64,000 nt of DNA from positions 256,001-320,000 of the forward strand of contig CAWIIP010000005.1 of assembly GCA_963836235.1 (NCBI GenBank). The letters are read 5' to 3'. This DNA is from an uncultured Pseudomonadota bacterium (GTDB taxonomy: Bacteria > Oederibacteriota > Muellerivitia > Muellerivitales > Muellerivitaceae). The notes under the pieces were generated by a model. It searched no databases. It was not told where the DNA came from and worked only from the letters and a program-made list of their open reading frames with translations. Of this stretch, positions 58,151-64,000 are shown one piece after another (position 1 is the first letter of the stretch; the number at the start of each line of letters is the position of its first letter). Both the position numbers and the translations under genes were made by a program.

Positions 58151-58386
58151 GGGGTCGGTGGTTTTTTTTGATCGTGTCCGAGGGTTTTCAAATCCTGAAA
58201 CAGGACAAAATAACTCGTCAACACGCCGAAGAAAAAACCCGCCATCATCACCCAATCGCCCAGGTGCAAGAATCTTTTCAACAGCCAGCCAAGCCCCAAT
58301 CCCGCGAAGGTGCAAAGAACGAAATTTATCCCGAGGGTGGAGAGTCGTAGGAGATTGGCGCCGGTGGATAATTTTCCCTTGTCCAT
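58147..58386 (-). CDS. AtpZ/AtpI-family (ATPase gene 1) protein
   Basis: STLGINFV...GLGLGWLL...GFFFG; start of the atp operon. Confidence 0.8.
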   Translation of the reverse strand: MDKGKLSTGANLLRLSTLGINFVLCTFAGLGLGWLLKRFLHLGDWVMMAGFFFGVLTSYFVLFQDLKTLGHDQKKPPTP

Positions 58387-58676
58387 TGACCGTCCTTTTC
58401 AATATGGAAAGCCGCCTTAATGTACACATCCTCGGGCTTCAAAACGGACTCGGCCTTGGACCGGTCTTCTTTCACGATCACCAACCCCAAGCCGCAATCA
58501 TCCTGGATATCCCGGGGCCGGGGGATCAACTTGAAGCGCATGCGGCGGTCCTTCAAAATCGACTCCGCGTGCATGGTTTCGTGGGTAGTGTGAAACAACA
58601 GGACAAAATGCTTATCCGTTAACGCCAATCGGCCGGAAGGAGACTGGGGCGTCGACATCTCGGCTCCTTTTATCAA
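58326..58676 (-). CDS. DUF3343-family protein
   Basis: FHTTHETMHAE, LIPRPRDIQDDCGL. Confidence 0.75.
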   Translation of the reverse strand: MIKGAEMSTPQSPSGRLALTDKHFVLLFHTTHETMHAESILKDRRMRFKLIPRPRDIQDDCGLGLVIVKEDRSKAESVLKPEDVYIKAAFHIEKDGQWTRENYPPAPISYDSPPSG

Positions 58677-58721
58677 AAGCGAGGGAGAATCATCCCTGAC
58701 AGAAGTTGGAACAGGAGGCCT

Positions 58722-59213
58722 CTAAGTCTGTCCTGGAAAATTAAAGTCCTTGGGCGAAAGATTTTCCAGAAATTTTTTAAACTCGCTCATTTCCTCTTTA
58801 TATTTTTCCTTATCCACAATGGTAGCGTTCACCACCACTTTTTCAGCGACAAAAATAGGGGAGCCAGTTCGAAGGGCCAAGGCAATGGCATCGGAAGGGC
58901 GGGCATCAATCTCGGTCTTTTCAGTCGCGCCGGGAACTTCTAAAAAAACGCGGGCGAAGAACGTGTTTTGGTGTATGTCGTTCACGAGCACTTTGGTTAC
59001 TTTAGCTCCCAAAGTGTCGATGATATTTTTTAAAAGATCATGGGTCATAGGCCGGGGAATGACCTGTTCCTGAAGTTGGATAAAAATAGCGGTGGCTTCC
59101 GCGACTCCAATGGGAATGGGCAAATAGCGTTTTTCTTCCTCGTCCGTCAAAATAACCATTGGGATCTTTAATCCTGGATCAACCGCGATCCCCCTTACTT
59201 TCATTTCGATCAT
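58722..59213 (-). CDS. Bifunctional nuclease (DUF151) family protein, copy 2
   Basis: LPIPIGVAEA, PRPMTHDL, IDARPSDAIALA. Confidence 0.92.
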   Translation of the reverse strand: MIEMKVRGIAVDPGLKIPMVILTDEEEKRYLPIPIGVAEATAIFIQLQEQVIPRPMTHDLLKNIIDTLGAKVTKVLVNDIHQNTFFARVFLEVPGATEKTEIDARPSDAIALALRTGSPIFVAEKVVVNATIVDKEKYKEEMSEFKKFLENLSPKDFNFPGQT

Positions 59214-59713
59214 GGCTTATTCTTTCGGGGAATTTTAAAATCAGTGGGAGAGAGATGCTCAAGGAATTTTTTGAAATGAGCCATTTCTTCCTTGTTTTTT
59301 TCCTTATCCACGACGGTGACACCGGGGGCAACAACTACCTTTTCGGCCACGAAAATGGGGGAACCTGTGCGTAAGGCCAGGGCAATGGCATCGGAGGATC
59401 GGGCGTCCATATCCATTTTTTCGCCCGTCTCCGTCCGCTCAAGGAAAATACGGGCAAAAAATGTATTCTGATTGATGTCATTCACCAATACCTTAACCAC
59501 TTTTGCTCCCAATGCTTCAACGACATTCTTGATGAGGTCGTGGGACATGGGCCTAACCACGGCTTGGTCACTTAATTGGATAAAGATGGCGGTAGCTTCC
59601 GGCACCCCAATACAAATGGGCAGGCATATCTTTTCGGCTTGATCGGTCAGGACCACCATGGGCTGTTTACAGTCTTGATCCATTGCGATTCCCCGGACTT
59701 TCATTTCAATCAT
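59210..59713 (-). CDS. Bifunctional nuclease (DUF151) family protein, copy 1
   Basis: LPICIGVPEA, RPMSHDL, MDARSSDAIALA. Confidence 0.9.
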   Translation of the reverse strand: MIEMKVRGIAMDQDCKQPMVVLTDQAEKICLPICIGVPEATAIFIQLSDQAVVRPMSHDLIKNVVEALGAKVVKVLVNDINQNTFFARIFLERTETGEKMDMDARSSDAIALALRTGSPIFVAEKVVVAPGVTVVDKEKNKEEMAHFKKFLEHLSPTDFKIPRKNKP

Positions 59714-59892
59714 GGCTCAACTCCATCTCATCAACCAAATATGGTTTCACATGTTATTTTGAGAAGCAATCACCGGCATTTTCAAGGGTAGGGGTCAACC
59801 AACCAAAGGGCAAGAGATATAATAATTTAATTATAAGCCCGGCCAGGGCTGCTTTCAACGTGGACAGCCAAAAAAGAATTTTAAAATTCGGA

Positions 59893-60474
59893 TTACTTTG
59901 TTTTTTTCTTCAAGTCCGTTTCACTGAAAACTTGCGCCTCAAAACCAAAAAGATTTATTTTTTCCTTCCAGGCATTCTCCGAAAGGCCCGCCTTGACGCA
60001 GGTTTGCTCCAAAAAAGTTTGCGCGTCCCAATGGTATTCCATCGCCACCTGGGGAAGAAGAAGTCCCGAACGGTTCCCACGGCTGACGATCAAACCATGA
60101 ACACCCACTTGAATTTGCGAGAGTTCTATTGCCTTCGGAACTGTTAAAACGGAAATCTCTATCTCCATCTGGGCCAGTTCCTCCACCCGAACGGGAGGAA
60201 AGCGCGGATCCTGAAAAGCGGCGCTGATGGCGGCTTCCTGTACCGCTTCCGCCAGGGATTTTACTGGATAAGGAAACCCGATACAGCCACGCAACTCTTC
60301 CATCCAAAGGGTCACAAAAGTCCCCCGTTTCTCCCGCAAAAGGGGTGAAAGGGACTCTACTACGGGAAGCCGCCGCCCCTTTTGGAGGGTCGTCTGGATC
60401 GAATGGCGGGCTAACTCTAATAGGATCTTCTGATCTGTTAATGAAATCACTTCACTGGGGTTCATTCGATCCAT
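59893..60474 (-). CDS. amrA: AmmeMemoRadiSam system protein A (AMMECR1 domain)
   Basis: GTFVTL, LRGCIG, DPRF, GLLLPQV, KAG. Confidence 0.93.
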   Translation of the reverse strand: MDRMNPSEVISLTDQKILLELARHSIQTTLQKGRRLPVVESLSPLLREKRGTFVTLWMEELRGCIGFPYPVKSLAEAVQEAAISAAFQDPRFPPVRVEELAQMEIEISVLTVPKAIELSQIQVGVHGLIVSRGNRSGLLLPQVAMEYHWDAQTFLEQTCVKAGLSENAWKEKINLFGFEAQVFSETDLKKKTK

Positions 60475-60477
60475 CCC

Positions 60478-61311
60478 TCACCGGCAAAAAGCCACGGCCG
60501 AATAGCCAACCACCCGGGTTTGGTCGCCGGTGACATCACCCGAATTTCGATAATCCAACAGCTTGATCTTATCCGCCTTCATTCCGTCGGCGAATCTAAG
60601 CAACGTGGATACCGGTTCCCTACCGCAATGGGTGCAATGGTAATCGGGATAACCCCGGCCCATAATCCTGCTGTCCGTTTGATCCACTTTTTTCTCGTCA
60701 CCCGTCAATAAAGCTTCCAATAACTCGTGGTCGGCCTTCACCGCCGTTTCGTAATCGGGATAGTGGGAAAGGTCGGAAGAAGCGATGAAAAGAAATTTCT
60801 TCTTTTGCGAAAGGGCTAAAAGGGCTCTTACAAGGGGCTTAACCGCCTGTTCCACTCCTTGTCCCATCACTAGTGGAACCACTTTAGCCTTGGGTAAATA
60901 GGTTTGAATTAAGGGAAGATGTACTTCCACCGAATGCTCACGGGAAAAAGCTATCGGAATTTCGGCGATAGCCGCATCGAAATCCATCAAAAATCTGGCG
61001 GTTTCCTGATCCACCGGCAATTCCCCAAGGGGTGTTACCACCGATTCACCGGCGAAGACCGAAACACCTCGGAAAGGAACGTAATGGCTGGGACCGGCCA
61101 CGATCACCGTTTCGAACGGACTGGTCAGAGACCGGTAGCCCAGGGCAGCCACCGACCCGGAATAGGCGTATCCCGCATGGGGTAAGAGAAAAGCCACGGG
61201 CTCACCCTCCAGTGGGGGGGCTTTTTCTTTTTCAAAGGACTTCAAAACGGCCGAAAGTGCTTTCCGGTTTCCTGGATAAAACTGACCCGCCACCGCCGGT
61301 TGAAGTTTCAT
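60478..61311 (-). CDS. amrB: AmmeMemoRadiSam system protein B (MEMO1 family)
   Basis: AVAGQFYP, PHAGYAYSG, GPSH, EHSVEV, SSDLSHY, CG, NSGD, VVGY. Confidence 0.94.
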   Translation of the reverse strand: MKLQPAVAGQFYPGNRKALSAVLKSFEKEKAPPLEGEPVAFLLPHAGYAYSGSVAALGYRSLTSPFETVIVAGPSHYVPFRGVSVFAGESVVTPLGELPVDQETARFLMDFDAAIAEIPIAFSREHSVEVHLPLIQTYLPKAKVVPLVMGQGVEQAVKPLVRALLALSQKKKFLFIASSDLSHYPDYETAVKADHELLEALLTGDEKKVDQTDSRIMGRGYPDYHCTHCGREPVSTLLRFADGMKADKIKLLDYRNSGDVTGDQTRVVGYSAVAFCR

Positions 61312-61402
61312 GGAACTACTATAAATGGAGAGTTCACGGCAAAGAAAGGGAAAGCCGGATTAAAAGGAAAAAGTCCGACTTCCGGATTTTTTCAGCATTC
61401 GG

Positions 61403-61978
61403 TTAAGCGGTTTGAAGAAACTTGGAGATTTTATCGCGGGTATAGGGCCAAGCGCCCTCAGGCAAAACCGGCATGGATCCCGCAGTGAACATGGAAGTTT
61501 CCAAGGGCACCCAGGATTTACAGCCTTCATAAGAAGGCTTCACGGGAAGGTCCATGGGTAAAGGCAGGGAATAAACCCGGACGATGAAGACATAAACACC
61601 TTGCCAGTCCCCATAATTAAAGCGTTTCTCGATCGCTTCATCACTCATGACCGTGAAAGGGATTAGCCTTTTGCAGGTCTCCCAATCGGTGACTTTTTCC
61701 ACTTTTTCCGCGATGGCGTAAAGCCGGAAATGGATGCGCTTGGGGTCCTTATTCTCCTTCTCAATAGCGGGAAGACGGGGACGCCAATCGGACTTGATAT
61801 CCGCGGCTGATTCATGTTCAAAGGTGGGATAAAGGAAAAACTCAGGATGCTCGGGTTTGAACACCCCTCCCTCTTCCTGGATGCCGCCTTTGCGCAGAAG
61901 GATGGTCTGCTTTCCTTCCTCCAAGGCCTTCAAGACGACAGCCCACTCTTTTAACGCTATGTTATTTTGAAGTTTCAT
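61403..61978 (-). CDS. DUF1802-family protein
   Basis: ALKEW, QTILLRKGGI, LYPTFEH, GCKSW. Confidence 0.85.
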   Translation of the reverse strand: MKLQNNIALKEWAVVLKALEEGKQTILLRKGGIQEEGGVFKPEHPEFFLYPTFEHESAADIKSDWRPRLPAIEKENKDPKRIHFRLYAIAEKVEKVTDWETCKRLIPFTVMSDEAIEKRFNYGDWQGVYVFIVRVYSLPLPMDLPVKPSYEGCKSWVPLETSMFTAGSMPVLPEGAWPYTRDKISKFLQTA

Positions 61979-62033
61979 AAGAATAAGATTATGTGGATTC
62001 TAGAAGTAACTTTCAAGGGTTAAAGGCTTGACG

Positions 62034-62912
62034 CTAACCCGAAAAAGCCATAAGGATGACACCCGCCACCACGATCAGGGTTCCGCCCAAAACTTCGGGC
62101 CAGGCGGAAAAAGAAAACTCTTTGAATACAAAAAGGGACCAGGCGGCGTAAACAAGACCGCTGGAGTTCACGATAGGAACCGCGCGCGAAAGTCCCAAAC
62201 CATCGATCGCCAATAGAAAACAAGCCATCCCGACCGCCCAGAGGAAGGTGGTCGTTCCACCCATCGCGACATTTCGGATGCTCCAATCCTTTCTGCGGCA
62301 AAAGAAAAAGAGAACCAATGCGGGCAGCGTTCCCCCCAGGGCCAGTCCGCTCAAAGCATCGAGAGCCGAAAGCGTGGGCTGGGGGTCCCAAACCTGGGCT
62401 GCCTTTATTGGCGTAAAATAAAGACCCCAAAAAAAACCTGCCAATATTCCCATCAAAATCCCTTTTTCCAGGTTTCCCTCTTTAGATGGTGCAGCGGAAA
62501 TCCGGGCCACCCACCAAGCCCCTACAAAAAGCAGCACCCCGCCTGCTAACAGGTAGAGATAGGCCCTTAAACCCGAGGCTTCATGAAAGACCAGTAAACC
62601 AAAGGCGATATTGATAAAGGAATTGAAATTAAACAGTACCGAAGCCTTGGCAAGGCTCACTTCCTCCAGCGCCAAGTTGGCGAGGGTTTGGCCGGTCACC
62701 CAAAGCAGGCCCGAAAGAATCGAAGCCCAAAACCACTTGGGATGCTGCCAAAGGGCTTGCAGAGAGGGATGTCTCACGATATCCATTAAAACCATTCCCA
62801 GCCCCATGAAGGGCATGAACTTCAGTCCCTTGGACGTAGAGAAACGTACCGGGACCATGTAACTTCCGATGCAGGCAAAAGCGGCCAGAGCGTAAAGATA
62901 GCCTATCGACAT
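62034..62912 (-). CDS. DMT-superfamily (GRP/EamA-like) transporter
   Basis: About 10 TM helices in two repeats; GSYMVPVR, WSLFVFKE. Confidence 0.8.
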   Translation of the reverse strand: MSIGYLYALAAFACIGSYMVPVRFSTSKGLKFMPFMGLGMVLMDIVRHPSLQALWQHPKWFWASILSGLLWVTGQTLANLALEEVSLAKASVLFNFNSFINIAFGLLVFHEASGLRAYLYLLAGGVLLFVGAWWVARISAAPSKEGNLEKGILMGILAGFFWGLYFTPIKAAQVWDPQPTLSALDALSGLALGGTLPALVLFFFCRRKDWSIRNVAMGGTTTFLWAVGMACFLLAIDGLGLSRAVPIVNSSGLVYAAWSLFVFKEFSFSAWPEVLGGTLIVVAGVILMAFSG

Positions 62913-62932
62913 CTTTTATCCTTAAAAGGGTT

Positions 62933-64000
62933 CTACCGAACCCCAACCGATAATATTTTCGCCACACGTCGCAATAAGATAAAGTTCACGATCCTTAACC
63001 CCATCATGACCCACAACAGCGATTCCGGCGAAACATGCCCATAAAGTAACCCCGCCACCGAAACCGTTACCAGTCCTATCTGGATAAAAGCCGAGGAAGC
63101 CGCCACGACTTTCGCTCTTTCCTTTTCTTCAATGACGTTCATCCACACGGCCGCGCTCACTGAGTTGTAGAGGGATCCGCCCGCGGCCGATAAGCAATAA
63201 GAAAGCAGGCAGACCAAAAAAACATTCCCGCTTCCCCTTCCCCAGGCCAAAAGCACGGCAAAAGCCGCCAAACCCAGCAGTTGGTCCAAACCAAGGATTT
63301 TGAGGACTTGCTTATGGGAGAGATTGGGAATGATGAAAAAAACTGTGAGGAATGCTGCGTAAGCGGACCCAATTCCAAACACCGAAAGATTCGAGTCTTT
63401 CATCCCCAGGTGATCGACGAAATAAAGGGAAAAGTAAATGGTCCAGGCGGCCAGCATCCATTCGTCCAGAAATTTGGAGAAAAAGAAGGTGGCGGAAGCG
63501 GGTTTTTTAAAGAATTGCCCCAAGGCCTTTCGGTATTGGCCTAGTCCCTCGCCGAAAACATTCAACCAGGACTCGGGTGATTTCTCGAAAACTTTGGACT
63601 CCGGCAATTTTTTCCATCGCCATCCGATGCCCAAGGCGACAAGCAAGGTGTATAGCCAGTACATTTCATGATTGGCTTGTCCTAAGCCCCTCCCTTCCAC
63701 CCAGAACCCGCCCAGGAGTGGAAAAAATAACAAGTAAGGCGCCAGGTTCACCATTTGAAGAACGGTAAAAACCGAAGCTCTTTGCTTGGGTTTGACTCCT
63801 TCCACCAGCAGGCATTGATAAGGCACACCTGAGCCCGCGTTGATCGCCATGAATAAAATGGCGGCGATGCACCACCATTTGTTGGTGGCCAGCGCCAGGC
63901 ACAGGCAATAGCCGCCCCAACTGATGATGTCAAAAAGAATCAGGCTCTTTTTCCGGCTCCAAACATCCGATAGGTAACCACCCAGGAAAAGGCACAAAGG
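62933..64000 (-). CDS. MFS transporter (5' end outside the window)
   Basis: GGYLSDVWSRKK motif-A-like sequence; multiple TM helices. Confidence 0.85.
   Translation of the reverse strand, partial: PLCLFLGGYLSDVWSRKKSLILFDIISWGGYCLCLALATNKWWCIAAILFMAINAGSGVPYQCLLVEGVKPKQRASVFTVLQMVNLAPYLLFFPLLGGFWVEGRGLGQANHEMYWLYTLLVALGIGWRWKKLPESKVFEKSPESWLNVFGEGLGQYRKALGQFFKKPASATFFFSKFLDEWMLAAWTIYFSLYFVDHLGMKDSNLSVFGIGSAYAAFLTVFFIIPNLSHKQVLKILGLDQLLGLAAFAVLLAWGRGSGNVFLVCLLSYCLSAAGGSLYNSVSAAVWMNVIEEKERAKVVAASSAFIQIGLVTVSVAGLLYGHVSPESLLWVMMGLRIVNFILLRRVAKILSVGVR

Overview
Bacterial chromosomal window in two parts. Bases 1-17.5 kb are accessory and mobile: a large secreted Ser/Thr-rich protein, a Gly-zipper/GSG-repeat protein with a Maf/DUF115-like transferase, and secreted lipoproteins. 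They also hold a compact HUH (RAYT-type) transposase element bounded by 25-bp inverted repeats, an AT-rich GH18 + FN3 block ending at a third copy of that repeat, and an IS30 that splits the FN3 gene with a 2-bp target duplication. The region ends with a minimal integrative mobilizable module (RHH, VirD4/TraD-like coupling protein, Replic_Relax-like relaxase, excisionase, tyrosine integrase) that abuts the 5' side of a tRNA-Arg(UCG). Bases 17.7-64 kb are mostly host genes: HU, Thr/Pro-linker secreted proteins including a GH12 with a T9SS-like C-terminal domain, a peroxiredoxin, an active plus an apparently dead Deg-type protease, polA, parAB, a GT2/GT-C/B12-radical-SAM cluster, nnr, acpS, a complete F1Fo ATP synthase operon, tandem DUF151 nucleases, AmmeMemoRadiSam A/B and transporters. 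Two genes carry homopolymer-associated frameshifts that may be sequencing errors. All family assignments come from motifs recognised by eye; no database searches were run. The best candidate for an undescribed system is the RAYT element with its repeat ends and the apparent repeat-bounded cargo (7441-11764).
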